A DNA stretch of 64,000 nt from an uncultured bacterium (GTDB taxonomy: Bacteria > Cyanobacteriota > Vampirovibrionia > Gastranaerophilales > Gastranaerophilaceae). The notes beneath the pieces were generated by a model, which did no database searches, was not told the DNA's origin, and saw nothing but the letters and a program-made list of their open reading frames with translations. The stretch is taken from the NCBI GenBank assembly GCA_949300485.1, contig CASGEL010000005.1, positions 88,453-152,452 of the forward strand, given 5' to 3'. Below are positions 1 through 10,470 of the stretch, one piece after another. A program made the translations under genes and the position numbers. Position 1 is the first letter of the stretch. Each line of letters starts with the position of its first letter.

Positions 1-479
1 GACAGTCTGCAAGTATTCAGAGTATGATTGAGCAATTAACACGAAAGAATGCTTCATCAGGATCTTCTCAGGTTAAAGTTTCTTCAACCGGGTTTATATA
101 TCCTATATCAGGAAGAATTACGTCGCCGTTCGGCTGGAGAGTTCATCCTATATTTAAAAGCAGAATATTCCACTCAGGAATTGATATAGCCGGACCTAAT
201 GGTGGAGCCATTAAAGCTTCTAATGACGGTAAGGTTATATATTCAGGCTGGTACGGTGGATATGGTAAAGTCGTAATTTTAGACCATGGGGTTATCAATG
301 GAAAACCTATTACAACATTATATGGTCACATGTCAGCGATAAATGTCAGCAACGGGCAGTATGTAAAAAAAGGTCAAACAGTGGGTAGAGAAGGTTCTAC
401 AGGTTATAGTACAGGGCCTCATTGTCACTTTGAAGTTCGTGTAAATGGTAAACCTACAAATCCGTTAAATTACATTTAA
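1..479 (+). CDS. M23 family metallopeptidase, C-terminal part (5' end lies outside the window)
   Basis: Frame is open back to base 3. Motifs HSGIDIAGPNG, GYGKVVILDHG, LYGHMS and GSTGYSTGPHCHFEVRVNGKPTNP are typical LytM/M23 zinc-site motifs. Confidence 0.85.
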   Translation, partial: QSASIQSMIEQLTRKNASSGSSQVKVSSTGFIYPISGRITSPFGWRVHPIFKSRIFHSGIDIAGPNGGAIKASNDGKVIYSGWYGGYGKVVILDHGVINGKPITTLYGHMSAINVSNGQYVKKGQTVGREGSTGYSTGPHCHFEVRVNGKPTNPLNYI

Positions 480-495
480 TATAAAGGAAAATATT

Positions 496-2850
496 TTGAA
501 GAAATTTATATATACAATATTTTTTATATTATGTTTTACAAGTTCTGCTTATGCTATTGATGAACAGTATATGCCGGCAGTTACTCCTGCGGATTTGGAT
601 GGAAGTGAAACCTTTTTTAAATCTCCAATGCATATGCCTGATGTAAGAGATGTTACTCCGTCAAAGACAACTGGGGTTGGGGCTAATCCTAGTTCTATTT
701 CTAATTTTGATGATTACGGTTTTGATGCCTATACCAGAGAGTATTCCGAAATCGACCCTGATAATATGCCGTTTTTTAAACAAATGAGAATCAGAGCTAC
801 AAATAAACTTATGGGTCGGTCCGTACAATATGCTTCTAATAAAAAATCTTCAGCTCCGTTGAAGATGTCAGATATATGGAATAAGATGAAATTTTGGGAT
901 AAAAATTCAGAAAATCCTGAAGCTGGTGCAGATACAACCTCTTTTATTCCGGAGGAGGGTTCAATAGCTGATTCGATACAAAATGAAACAAGTTCTTTTG
1001 TCCCTGATCCTAATACTATTTCGTTAGAAGGCGGTGTTAATGAGCAGGTTACGGAAAAAGAATTGCAGTTGGATAGCGAATATGTAAATTTCGATGAGGA
1101 AACCGGCGATATAGTGGCAACAGGGCGTCCTGTTTTATATATTCCACCTCAAGATACAAAAGTTATTGCAGATAAGATGACATATAATGAGGATTCCAAT
1201 ATTCTAAAGGGTATTGGAAATGTATATGTTATAAAAAATGGTATGCCAACAAAAGCTGATTATATGGAAGTTGATATGAATGAAGAATCTATGATGATGG
1301 ATAATATTCATTCAAAAACAAATACTATGATAATGGATGCAAAGCATGCTGTTCAAAAAAATTCATTGCTGGTATTAACAGATGGTAATTTCCATTCTGA
1401 CGAATCACAAATTTACAGATTATCATCAAGGATGATAGGACCAAGATTTAGCAGCATGATAGTTGATGATGATGCTAAAGCATTGTTTTTTGGAGACCCT
1501 ACTGGTAATAAGCTTCATTTTAATGTTGAAAAAATCTATGTTGAAGGCAGAAAAAATCATGATGTTTTCACAATGAAAAATATTGAAGTTAGAAGAAAGG
1601 GTAAATATTGGTTTACTTGGCCAAGTTTGACTGCTTATACAAATAAAGACAGAGATTATTTTGAAGCTAATTATCCTGAATTAGGTTCAAGAAGAAAATT
1701 AGGTATGTTTATCGGTCCCGGATTTGTATTTGGCGGTCCTGGCGGTTCTGTTATGAAGGTTATTCCATTTTTGAATTACCAGCATGGTGATTTTGGATTT
1801 GGTGGAGCTTTAAAGTATAGAAATACTTATAACTCTACCGAATTGGGTTATGGTTCTGCGGCAGATATATTTTTCTTAAAAGGTATTCAAAGATTAGATG
1901 ATAATTTATTCTTGCAATATGCAGCTAATTCATATATGGATGAGTGGTTTTTAGGTTCCAGAATGCCGAAATATATGGCAGAAATATACTATGATAAGGG
2001 TTATCGAAAAAATGATTTCCTAATGGAAGGAAAAACTTTGACATTTCGTCACCGGATAGGTTTTGGGTTTATGGAAGATAATGATCGTAACTATTATGGA
2101 GAAAAGATTCGGTCAAATCAAATTTCTACCTCTAGGCTAAGATATATGGCGGAAATTAAACAAAGTTTGTATTCTTACGAAAATCCTGAAAATCATTTTT
2201 ACTTCAATTTTGGGATTGCAATGCAAGGATCTGCTGCAGTATATGGTACCGGTGATACTCAATTTATTGCAAGAATAGGTCCAAGAGCTCATGTTCAATA
2301 TAAAAATTGGATGCAAGATATAGGTTATTTCCAATCAGGATATTCTGATGAATCTCCTATTCCAAGATATGATATGTACCGCTATGGGCACTCTTGTTTA
2401 TATATTTCTGAAATCTTCAGATTGACAAAATATCTGTCAGTAGGGTGGTCTGGAAATATTAATTTAAGTGATGATTCTCCAAATGGTAAAATGTTCCAAG
2501 AAAACAGATTTGTTGTTGCTATTGGACCGGATGACTTAAAGGTTCGTTTGGGTTATGACTTTGTAAGACAAACAACATATTTTGGATTTGACGTTGCGTT
2601 CGATACAAAGGGTACTTCAATTACATATGGCAGAATGGAAATAAAAAATCCTGAGAGATTAGGTCAGAAGGATAAACAGGAAGAAAGACAGATTGCATTT
2701 GCTCCTGCAAAACAGCAGCCACAGGAAGCTGAAGAGGATGCTGAACAGGGTTTGTTATTTAAAAGACCAAAGGCAAAAGTAAAACCTAAAATTCTTGACC
2801 ATGCTCAGATAATTGAGATAGAAGATCCTAATAAGGAAACGATACAGTAA
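496..2850 (+). CDS. lptD: Large outer-membrane beta-barrel protein, LptD/OstA-like (LPS assembly)
   Basis: TTG start and signal peptide MKKFIYTIFFILCFTSSAYA. OstA-like segment (VATGRPVLYIPPQDTKVIADKMTYNEDSNILKGIGNVYV). Long Gly/aromatic-rich C-terminal region with alternating beta pattern. Lies directly upstream of lpxI-lpxB. Confidence 0.5.
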   Translation: MKKFIYTIFFILCFTSSAYAIDEQYMPAVTPADLDGSETFFKSPMHMPDVRDVTPSKTTGVGANPSSISNFDDYGFDAYTREYSEIDPDNMPFFKQMRIRATNKLMGRSVQYASNKKSSAPLKMSDIWNKMKFWDKNSENPEAGADTTSFIPEEGSIADSIQNETSSFVPDPNTISLEGGVNEQVTEKELQLDSEYVNFDEETGDIVATGRPVLYIPPQDTKVIADKMTYNEDSNILKGIGNVYVIKNGMPTKADYMEVDMNEESMMMDNIHSKTNTMIMDAKHAVQKNSLLVLTDGNFHSDESQIYRLSSRMIGPRFSSMIVDDDAKALFFGDPTGNKLHFNVEKIYVEGRKNHDVFTMKNIEVRRKGKYWFTWPSLTAYTNKDRDYFEANYPELGSRRKLGMFIGPGFVFGGPGGSVMKVIPFLNYQHGDFGFGGALKYRNTYNSTELGYGSAADIFFLKGIQRLDDNLFLQYAANSYMDEWFLGSRMPKYMAEIYYDKGYRKNDFLMEGKTLTFRHRIGFGFMEDNDRNYYGEKIRSNQISTSRLRYMAEIKQSLYSYENPENHFYFNFGIAMQGSAAVYGTGDTQFIARIGPRAHVQYKNWMQDIGYFQSGYSDESPIPRYDMYRYGHSCLYISEIFRLTKYLSVGWSGNINLSDDSPNGKMFQENRFVVAIGPDDLKVRLGYDFVRQTTYFGFDVAFDTKGTSITYGRMEIKNPERLGQKDKQEERQIAFAPAKQQPQEAEEDAEQGLLFKRPKAKVKPKILDHAQIIEIEDPNKETIQ

Positions 2851-3468
2851 ATGTTAGATAAAATAAAAGAAAATTTAATAGAGTTCGGACGTATAGCTGG
2901 TAGAAATGGATTAACTCCTGGAATATCAGGAAATATGTCAGTTCGTAGTGGAGATAAGATTGTTATTACTTCTTCCGGTTCCGCAAGCGGATATTTAGAT
3001 ATGTCAGATTTAGTTGTTATTGATTTTGACGGCAAGCTGATTGATGGAGATAAAAAGCCTTCAAGTGAGAAGTTTTTGCATATAGAATATTATAAGCAAA
3101 GACAAGATATAAATTCGGTATTGCATTTTCATAGTCCATATTTAACAGCTTTTGCTGCTGCTGGTTGTGAGTTATCAGAGCCTGTATTGCCTGAAATTGT
3201 ATATTGTTTTGATAAAATTCCATTGGCGACATATGCAATACCTGGTTCTGTAGAACTGGTTGAAAAAACTTCAAAGTTTTTTAATAATTATGATATGATA
3301 CTTATGGCTAACCATGGTGTGATAGCAGCTGGCGCTGATATTAAGCAGACATATTTAAAACTTGAATTAGCAGAAGCTTATGCAAAAACTTTACTTTTTA
3401 CAAAAATGCTTGGTGGTGCTAAAATATTACCAAAAGAAGAAGTTGAAAAAATATATTTATTAAAATAA
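2851..3468 (+). CDS. Class II aldolase/adducin family protein (FucA/MtnB-like)
   Basis: GISGNMSVR, HFHSPYLTAFA and ANHGVIAAG motifs. Start abuts the upstream stop. Confidence 0.75.
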   Translation: MLDKIKENLIEFGRIAGRNGLTPGISGNMSVRSGDKIVITSSGSASGYLDMSDLVVIDFDGKLIDGDKKPSSEKFLHIEYYKQRQDINSVLHFHSPYLTAFAAAGCELSEPVLPEIVYCFDKIPLATYAIPGSVELVEKTSKFFNNYDMILMANHGVIAAGADIKQTYLKLELAEAYAKTLLFTKMLGGAKILPKEEVEKIYLLK

Positions 3469-3489
3469 CTGAAAAAGAGGAAAATAATT

Positions 3490-4305
3490 GTGTCAATAAT
3501 TTTAGAGAAAAAACAAGGATTAATAGCAGGTGATGGAATTTTACCGGTTCGAATGGCGCAGTATGCAAAAGAAAACGGTTTAGATGTTGTTTGTATTTCG
3601 CTGGCTAAAGATAATGTTAGGGATTTGAAAAAATATTGTTCTAAAGTTTATCCTTGTCATCCAGGTGAAGTTAATAAGATTGAAGCTATTTTAAAGGATG
3701 AGCAGATTAAGCAATTAACTTTTTTAGGCAAAGTACATAAGAAAGTTCTTTTACAGTTGCATAAATTTGATAAAAAAGCAGTAGATTTGATTAAAGAGGC
3801 TTCAAGACTAAATGATGATCAGGTTATGCTTATGATTGTTCAAGAATTGCAAAAAATCGGTGTAGAGGTTTTGGATCAGACTATTTTTATAAAAAATTTA
3901 ATGATTCCTGCTGGAGTATTAGGTCGGCACAAACCTACAGAATCCCAAATGGAAGATGTAAATTATGGATTTTGGCTGGCTAAAGAAATGGGTAAACTTG
4001 ATGTAGGGCAATCTGTTATAATTAAAGATAGAATGATTATGGCAGTTGAGGCTATTGAAGGTACTGATGTTTGTATAAAAAGAGGTGCTAAACTTGCAAA
4101 AGACGGTGCTGTTGTCGTGAAAGTTTCTAAGCCTAAGCAGGATAAACGTTTTGATATTCCGGCAATAGGGATGAAAACTCTTAGAACTATGCATCATTAT
4201 CACGCAAATTTGATTGCAGTGGAAGCTAATGAAACTATTATTGTTGATCAGGAAAAAGTTATAAAGTATGCGGATGAACATAATATTGTTATTATGGCGG
4301 TGTAG
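3490..4305 (+). CDS. lpxI: UDP-2,3-diacylglucosamine pyrophosphatase LpxI (DUF1009)
   Basis: GTG start after GAGG. GLIAGDGILP N-terminus and EGTDVCIKRG...VVKVSKPKQDKRFDIPAIGMKT C-terminal signature. Stop abuts the lpxB start. Confidence 0.8.
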   Translation: MSIILEKKQGLIAGDGILPVRMAQYAKENGLDVVCISLAKDNVRDLKKYCSKVYPCHPGEVNKIEAILKDEQIKQLTFLGKVHKKVLLQLHKFDKKAVDLIKEASRLNDDQVMLMIVQELQKIGVEVLDQTIFIKNLMIPAGVLGRHKPTESQMEDVNYGFWLAKEMGKLDVGQSVIIKDRMIMAVEAIEGTDVCIKRGAKLAKDGAVVVKVSKPKQDKRFDIPAIGMKTLRTMHHYHANLIAVEANETIIVDQEKVIKYADEHNIVIMAV

Positions 4306-5430
4306 ATGAAGAAATTGTTTATTATTACAGGAGAATATTCCGGAGATATCCATGCAGCTAATGTTGTAAAACAATTAAAAGCGTTGGATTGTGATTTGGA
4401 ATTTGAGGGTATCGGCGGAATGAATATGTTTAATGCCGGTGTTAAATTATTTGCGAATCAGGATAAGATGTCAGCTGTAGGAATTTCTCCTAAAATACTG
4501 ATCGATCACTATAAATTGGGAAAAGAGGTAGTTGAATATTTAAAAGATGTTTATAAACCGGATCTGGTTTTGCTAATTGACTATGGTGCATTTAATTTAT
4601 CTGTTGCAAAATTTTTAAAAGCTGCAGGTATGAAAATTTTTTATTATATCCCTCCACAAGTTTGGGCAAGTCGTAAATACCGAATAAAGCTTATTAAAAA
4701 GTATGTTGATAAAGTTTTATGTATTTTCCCGTTTGAAAAATCTTTGTATGCTCAATATGGAATTGATGTTCATTATTGTGGGCATCCTTTGGTTTCTCAG
4801 TTACCTGCAGCCGCAAGTAAACATGAGTTTTTTGAAAAACATGGGTTGGATTTAAATAAAAAGTTAATATCAGTATTTCCTGGGTCTAGAGTTTTTGAAC
4901 TAAAAGAATTAATGAGTGTTTTCAAGTCTTCAGTTGAAAAATTAAGGCATAGGCACCCTGATGTACAGTTTTGTTTTTCACAAGCTCCTAATTTATCTGA
5001 TGAAGTTTACAAAAAATATTTAGGTGATTTTGATGTCAAGGTTATAAAAGGTGAAAATCAGGCATTGTTAAGTGTATCGGATGCTTTGATTTTGGCATCG
5101 GGAACTGTTGCATTAGAAGCGTGCTTGTATAAAGTTCCTATGGTGATAGCATATAAAGGACCAAAATTATTTTATTGGATATATCTGCTGGTCAGATGTA
5201 TTGAAAGAGTTTCATTGCCTAATATCATTGCTGGGAAGTATATTGTACCTGAATTGCTTATGAATGATGCTAATCCTTCTAATATAACTTTTGAAATAGA
5301 AGATTTATTATTTAACCAAGCCAAACGAGAAGAAAATATTAATGAATTAGGAAAAGTCAAAAACATGCTTTCAGATAAAAATTCTGCATTAGAGGTTGCA
5401 AAAGTTATAGATGTTGAATTATTTTCGTAA
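4306..5430 (+). CDS. lpxB: Lipid-A-disaccharide synthase
   Basis: GEYSGDIHAANVVKQLK (compare E. coli GETSGDILGA), PPQVWASRKYRI and GTVALEA motifs. Confidence 0.9.
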   Translation: MKKLFIITGEYSGDIHAANVVKQLKALDCDLEFEGIGGMNMFNAGVKLFANQDKMSAVGISPKILIDHYKLGKEVVEYLKDVYKPDLVLLIDYGAFNLSVAKFLKAAGMKIFYYIPPQVWASRKYRIKLIKKYVDKVLCIFPFEKSLYAQYGIDVHYCGHPLVSQLPAAASKHEFFEKHGLDLNKKLISVFPGSRVFELKELMSVFKSSVEKLRHRHPDVQFCFSQAPNLSDEVYKKYLGDFDVKVIKGENQALLSVSDALILASGTVALEACLYKVPMVIAYKGPKLFYWIYLLVRCIERVSLPNIIAGKYIVPELLMNDANPSNITFEIEDLLFNQAKREENINELGKVKNMLSDKNSALEVAKVIDVELFS

Positions 5431-5509
5431 CATAACTTTAACTGATTTTTGTTTACTGCGCAATTTTATTTTTCTTTTGTCTTTTATATATATGTAGGCT
5501 AGTGATTTT

Positions 5510-7288
5510 ATGACAAATTCAATTCCAAAAATTGAATCTAATAAGGTTAATTCATTTGGAAATGTTACCTTTAAGAAAAATCCAAATGGATATTGGCTTA
5601 CTGTTCAAAATTCTGCACCTGATACGGTTACACTTGATAGTGAAAAAAAGAATGATTCCGAAAATAATGATATAAAATTAAAGATTATTACACCAGATGA
5701 AGCAAGACAAACAAATAATACAAGGCTTATAGGTATTTCTATTGCAAGTGTTACCGTTTTAACTGCCGCAGGTTTATTTTTCTTGTTAAAAGGTGGGACA
5801 AAGGGCTTATCTAAGAATTTTCAAAGATTAAGAGACTTCTTTGATAGAAAAGCTCAGTCTTCAAAATTAGAAAATTCTGGAGAAATCTCTCCGTTAAATA
5901 GAATTTATATATATTTGGTAAAGGGATTAGATTATTTTCTTAAAAATTTTGAAGCAGTAAATAATTTTGCAACTATAAAAGATTTGGCATTTAAGGAATT
6001 AATGTTTAATAAATTTACTGGGAAGTATACAGGACCTATTCATGATGCTATTACAAGAATGTTTGAGAAAATAGGTCGACAATCAGTAGTAAATTGTTAT
6101 AAAAATACTCTTGCCAGAATGAAGACAACTTCAGCTTTAGCAGGTGAAGCTTCAGAATCTGTTATGAGGGGTAATTCTTATGAAATAGTTGAGATAAATG
6201 GAATTAGGAAAACTAAAGCTCAATGGTTATCTCAGGTAAATGAAATGAATAAACAGCTTTCTGAAAATTATGATAAGTATTTTAGTGAAAAACCTTTACA
6301 GGTGAGATATTATAAATTCAAGAAATCAGTAGAAGGTTTGAAGTCAATTTTTGCTAATTGGAAAGTTTTTTGGTCAAAGGATTTGTGGAGAACATTTTTA
6401 GCTGAATCTGCAGTTGTAAAAGAAAAAACGGCAATTCAAAAGATTGTTCATGCAAACAGACAAGAACTTTCATATTCATTGTTGGATATGGCAAAAGATT
6501 CTGAAGAAGCGATTATGAAGATGACAGAGTTAATCAGTTATAAAGATGTAGATAAAATAAGCAGGCTTCGTAATATCAGGGCTAATATAAAAAGGTATGC
6601 AAAGAATCCTAACGATTTAGAGTTAAGAGGCAAAATTCTTAAAGATATAGATTCCTTATCTGATAAAATCTGGAAATCTATTCCTGATAAGACTATGGAT
6701 AGTACAGTTGCTAATGATTTATTGGTGAATCTTGCTGATTTAAAGGATAAGTTTTTATATTTTAAACAAGGTCAGGTAGAAGATATTTTAGATATATATA
6801 AACGAATTTTGCCTGCTGATGAATATAGAAATATTGAAAAGGCTTATAAATCTACAATTAAATCTTTGGATAAGTCAATAAGAATTGAAACAGAAGAATT
6901 TGTAAGTAAGCTTAGGGATTTAGTGTTGGGTTCTGCTCCGACTGATATTTTGACAATTTTGGGTTCTTTAGGAGTATTGGGTTATCAATTAGGCAAATCT
7001 GATGATAAAGATCAAAGATTATCTATTTCCTTAAAATATGGTATTCCAGCCTTAGCCGGTATCGGAATTTCTCTGTATTGTAATGCTAAATTATATGCAG
7101 GTACAAAATCTTTGATTATAGGTACAGTTTCTTCGTTAGTAGTTAATAAGATAGGAGTTTGGGCAGATCATTTGTTAAAGAAATATAGAGAAAATCAAAA
7201 ATCACAAGCCAATATAAATGTTCAGCAGGAGATAAAGTCTTTCTCTCCTGCTGGATTTGTTACTCAAAATCCTCCAAAAACTGTATAG
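5510..7288 (+). CDS. Hypothetical membrane protein with the recurrent N-terminal module
   Basis: 592 aa. N-terminus MTNSIPKIESNKVNSFGNVTFKK. TM helix LIGISIASVTVLTAAGLFFLL, long helical region, then 3 C-terminal hydrophobic segments. No family recognised. Confidence 0.7.
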   Translation: MTNSIPKIESNKVNSFGNVTFKKNPNGYWLTVQNSAPDTVTLDSEKKNDSENNDIKLKIITPDEARQTNNTRLIGISIASVTVLTAAGLFFLLKGGTKGLSKNFQRLRDFFDRKAQSSKLENSGEISPLNRIYIYLVKGLDYFLKNFEAVNNFATIKDLAFKELMFNKFTGKYTGPIHDAITRMFEKIGRQSVVNCYKNTLARMKTTSALAGEASESVMRGNSYEIVEINGIRKTKAQWLSQVNEMNKQLSENYDKYFSEKPLQVRYYKFKKSVEGLKSIFANWKVFWSKDLWRTFLAESAVVKEKTAIQKIVHANRQELSYSLLDMAKDSEEAIMKMTELISYKDVDKISRLRNIRANIKRYAKNPNDLELRGKILKDIDSLSDKIWKSIPDKTMDSTVANDLLVNLADLKDKFLYFKQGQVEDILDIYKRILPADEYRNIEKAYKSTIKSLDKSIRIETEEFVSKLRDLVLGSAPTDILTILGSLGVLGYQLGKSDDKDQRLSISLKYGIPALAGIGISLYCNAKLYAGTKSLIIGTVSSLVVNKIGVWADHLLKKYRENQKSQANINVQQEIKSFSPAGFVTQNPPKTV

Positions 7289-7332
7289 TTTTATTCTGAA
7301 TTTCTGTTAAAATCACAACAGAGGGGAGAATT

Positions 7333-8361
7333 ATGTCTACATTAACCGTAAAAGAAAAGATTGAGAAAAGAGAACTGGAATATTTAAGTGAATTTGCTAC
7401 TAAATCTGTTAATACAAAAGGAAGAAAAGTTTATGAGGAGCCTTCCGATTTAAGAACAGAATTTCAGCGTGACAGGGATAGAATTCTTCATTCAAAGGCT
7501 TTTAGACGTTTGAAGCATAAGACGCAAGTATTTTTATCTCCTTTTGATGATCATTTTAGAACTCGTTTGACTCATACCCTTGAGGTTTCTCAAATTGGAA
7601 GAACAATAGCAAGGGCATTAGATCTTAATGAAGATTTGGTTGAGGCTATATCATTAGGGCATGATTTAGGTCATACTCCTTTTGGACATTGTGGTGAAGG
7701 TGTATTGAATGAACTTGTAGAAGGAGGGTTTCATCATAATTTACAAAGTGTAAGGGTCGTTGAAGTTTTAGAAAATTTAAACTTATGTCAAGAAACAATT
7801 GACGGTATAAGGACTCATTCGTGGGGTTTTGAACCGACTACGCCGGAGGGAAAAGTTGTTCAATTAGCGGATAAAATTGCTTATATAAATCATGATATTG
7901 AAGATTCAATAAGAGCTGGAGTTATATCTGAAAGTGACCTTCCTAAGGATTGCATTCAATATTTTTCTTCTAATCAAAGTAAAAGATTAAATAAAATGAT
8001 TTCTGAGATTGTGAATAATTCGATAGGAAAACCAGAAATTTCAATGAGTGATGAAGCTTGGGGGTATACAACTAAACTCAGAGCCTGGATGTTTGAACAT
8101 GTTTATGATGATGAGTCTATGGCAAAATTAGAAGAATCTAAAGCAAAAAGGGTTATTAAAGAATTATTTTATTTATATGTAAACATGTTAAAGCCCGTTT
8201 GTCCGCCTGAACGTATAATAAGAGTTGTTACGGACTACATTTCGGGTATGACAGATAGGTATGCTGTTGAACGTTTTAAAGATAATTTTATTCCTGTAGG
8301 GATAAAATGTAGCGCAAGAGATGACTTCTTGTTTAAATTAGCGGCAAATCCAATAGATTAA
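7333..8361 (+). CDS. dGTP triphosphohydrolase-like HD-domain protein
   Basis: FQRDRDRILHSKAFRRLKHKTQVF, HTLEVSQIGR and GHDLGHTPFGH motifs. GGGGAG RBS. Confidence 0.9.
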   Translation: MSTLTVKEKIEKRELEYLSEFATKSVNTKGRKVYEEPSDLRTEFQRDRDRILHSKAFRRLKHKTQVFLSPFDDHFRTRLTHTLEVSQIGRTIARALDLNEDLVEAISLGHDLGHTPFGHCGEGVLNELVEGGFHHNLQSVRVVEVLENLNLCQETIDGIRTHSWGFEPTTPEGKVVQLADKIAYINHDIEDSIRAGVISESDLPKDCIQYFSSNQSKRLNKMISEIVNNSIGKPEISMSDEAWGYTTKLRAWMFEHVYDDESMAKLEESKAKRVIKELFYLYVNMLKPVCPPERIIRVVTDYISGMTDRYAVERFKDNFIPVGIKCSARDDFLFKLAANPID

Positions 8362-8379
8362 GCTGGAAAGAGTTGTATT

Positions 8380-9258
8380 ATGGATGATATACAATATATA
8401 TCAGAATATTTAGAATATCTTGAGATAGAAAAAGGTCTTTCAGTAAATACGTCAGAGGCATACAGGCGAGATCTAACTTCTTTTGTCGATTTTTGTGTGC
8501 AAAAAGGTGTTTCGCAGATAAAAAATATAAAAAGAAATGATTTAAATTCTTTCATTTTAGATCTTAGAGAAAGACACTACGCTCCTTCTAGTGTAACAAG
8601 AAAAATAGCATCATTACGTGGTTTTTTTAAATGGTTCTGTGCAAATGAATATGGTACAAGTAATCCTGCTCAGACTTTGGAATTGCCTAAACTTCCAAAG
8701 AGATTGCCAAAAGTTATGACTGTTGAAGAGTTGAATTCTATACTTAATTCTGATTTAAGTACGGAAGAAAGTTTAATTGTGGAATTGTTGTATGGCTGTG
8801 GACTTAGAGTATCTGAGCTTGTAAATTTAAAGCTTAATAATATTGATGTTAATTCAAAATATATCCAGTGTTATGGTAAGGGGTCAAAAGAACGGATTGT
8901 TCCGTTTGGAGAAAAAGCAAAATCTGCTTTGAAAAAATATTTAAAATACAGAGATATTCTTATATTGCAACATCACATTCCTGATACAAAAATTTTGTTT
9001 ATAAAATCTGATGGAAAACAAATTTCAAGGCAGGATGTATATAATTTTATCAAAAAGCAGGGAGAAAAAATTCATAAGCATATTTCTCCGCATACACTAA
9101 GACACAGTTTTGCTACTCATTTATTGGAAAATGGTGCGGATTTAAGAGTTGTTCAGGAACTTCTAGGACATAGTGATGTTTCAACAACTCAATTATATAC
9201 GCATATTACAAAGAAACGATTGAAAGAAGTTTATTTTGCAATAAACAATAGCTCGTGA
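8380..9258 (+). CDS. xerD: Tyrosine site-specific recombinase, XerC/XerD type
   Basis: N-terminal SAM-like domain (YLEIEKGLSVNTSEAYRRDL). Catalytic region with GLRVSEL, HTLRHSFATHLLENGADLRVVQELLGHSDVSTTQLYTH. Confidence 0.85.
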   Translation: MDDIQYISEYLEYLEIEKGLSVNTSEAYRRDLTSFVDFCVQKGVSQIKNIKRNDLNSFILDLRERHYAPSSVTRKIASLRGFFKWFCANEYGTSNPAQTLELPKLPKRLPKVMTVEELNSILNSDLSTEESLIVELLYGCGLRVSELVNLKLNNIDVNSKYIQCYGKGSKERIVPFGEKAKSALKKYLKYRDILILQHHIPDTKILFIKSDGKQISRQDVYNFIKKQGEKIHKHISPHTLRHSFATHLLENGADLRVVQELLGHSDVSTTQLYTHITKKRLKEVYFAINNSS

Positions 9259-9264
9259 TAATAT

Positions 9265-9990
9265 GTGGCTATGTTACAGGTATTTATTTCAGGTCTAGAA
9301 AAACAATCGGGCAAAACTCTTGTCGCTGCAGGATTGGCTGCGACAATGCAAAGTTTGTCATATTCGACAGGAGTTTATAAACCTATAATTACTGGAGCAG
9401 AGTTAACCGCTAATGACAATAAAAATTTTTCCGATTTAGCATTATTAAATATGTGCGATCCTAATATTTCGGTTAAATGTTTATATTCTTTATCAAAGCC
9501 GGATTCTCCGTTTGTCGGGGCTTATGAGGATAATATAAAAATAGATATAAATGAAATTTATTCAAATTATAATATTTTTGCGAGTAATCTTGATTGTAGT
9601 TTAGTTGAGGGAATAAATAGTATATCAACTCCAGTAACTCAAAATGTGTCGGAAATTGATATTGTTCGAATGTTAAATATTCCGCTCATATTGGTAGTTA
9701 ATCCGAATTCTTCTTCAATCGATGATGTACTTATGGCTCTTTCGTATATAAAATCTAACGGTGTTCATTTGCAGGGTGTTGTTATTAATCAATATGATGA
9801 TAATTCTAATATTTTGGAAATAAAATATTTCCCACAGATTATCAAGGAATTATCTGGTATAAATATTTTAGGATGTATGCCTGATTATGGAAATATTTCC
9901 TCTTTAGATCCAGGTGTTCTTATAGCAGATGTTTTAAATAGATTACGGCTTGAAGAAATTTTTGGATTAAAAATAGCAAAGCTTGATTAG
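9265..9990 (+). CDS. BioD-family P-loop protein (dethiobiotin synthase-like)
   Basis: GTG start. ISGLEKQSGKTLVAAGLA P-loop followed by YKPIITG. Size is typical of BioD. Confidence 0.55.
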   Translation: MAMLQVFISGLEKQSGKTLVAAGLAATMQSLSYSTGVYKPIITGAELTANDNKNFSDLALLNMCDPNISVKCLYSLSKPDSPFVGAYEDNIKIDINEIYSNYNIFASNLDCSLVEGINSISTPVTQNVSEIDIVRMLNIPLILVVNPNSSSIDDVLMALSYIKSNGVHLQGVVINQYDDNSNILEIKYFPQIIKELSGINILGCMPDYGNISSLDPGVLIADVLNRLRLEEIFGLKIAKLD

Positions 9991-10012
9991 CTGGATATAC
10001 ATGTAATCGACA

Positions 10013-10041
10013 AAGGTTCCGATTATTACAGTCGGAACCTT
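10013..10041. terminator. Hairpin between convergent genes
   Basis: aaggttccga / tcggaacctt, a 10-bp stem with a 9-nt loop. Sits between the 9265-9990(+) and 10074-10460(-) stops. T-rich flank on the + side. Confidence 0.5.
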
Positions 10042-10073
10042 GTATAGTATTTATTTATAATAATTAATATATA

Positions 10074-10460
10074 TTAGCTTAGAGCCATTAAAGCTTTTAC
10101 AGAACGTGCGTTTTCTTTAACTTCTTCATCAAAACCTTCTGAAGAAATAGTATTATCAAGGACTTTCATTGCCTCTTCTTTGTTTTCTAAAGATAACAAT
10201 TCATTGATAGTACTCATTGCAACGACTGTTGACATATCATTAATACCTTTGCCTCTGTTAGCAATAACTACATGTAATGAATTAGGTTCATTTCTTTTAA
10301 CCAAGGCTCTTGAGGTTAATTCTCTAACTTCATCTATTGAAGAATTAGTGCCGATTTCTTCCAATACTGCTACAGATTCAGGATTTGGATTAATAGTAAG
10401 TGATTCAATAATATTACTTACTTTGTTAAAATTTTTGTTATTTTTGATATTATTATCCAT
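10074..10460 (-). CDS. Hypothetical small helical-repeat protein (possibly HEAT-like)
   Basis: 128 aa, starting 10 nt downstream of the 10471-10995 stop (operon partner). GGAGG RBS on the minus strand. No enzyme motif. Confidence 0.6.
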   Translation of the reverse strand: MDNNIKNNKNFNKVSNIIESLTINPNPESVAVLEEIGTNSSIDEVRELTSRALVKRNEPNSLHVVIANRGKGINDMSTVVAMSTINELLSLENKEEAMKVLDNTISSEGFDEEVKENARSVKALMALS

Positions 10461-10470
10461 TTAGTCCTCC

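Noticed and set aside
3919-4374. 151-aa minus-strand ORF antisense to lpxI/lpxB. Similar antisense ORFs occur at 2137-2334, 2805-3035, 3017-3274 and 5172-5366.
   Set aside because: They lie entirely inside well-supported plus-strand genes. They have low-complexity Ile/Phe/Asn/Cys-rich translations typical of shadow frames in AT-rich DNA, and no RBS.
8380-9258. Tyrosine recombinase as a marker of an integrated mobile element.
   Set aside because: It has XerC/XerD-type length and motifs. It is flanked by housekeeping genes, with no att-like repeats, tRNA or phage/transposon genes nearby.
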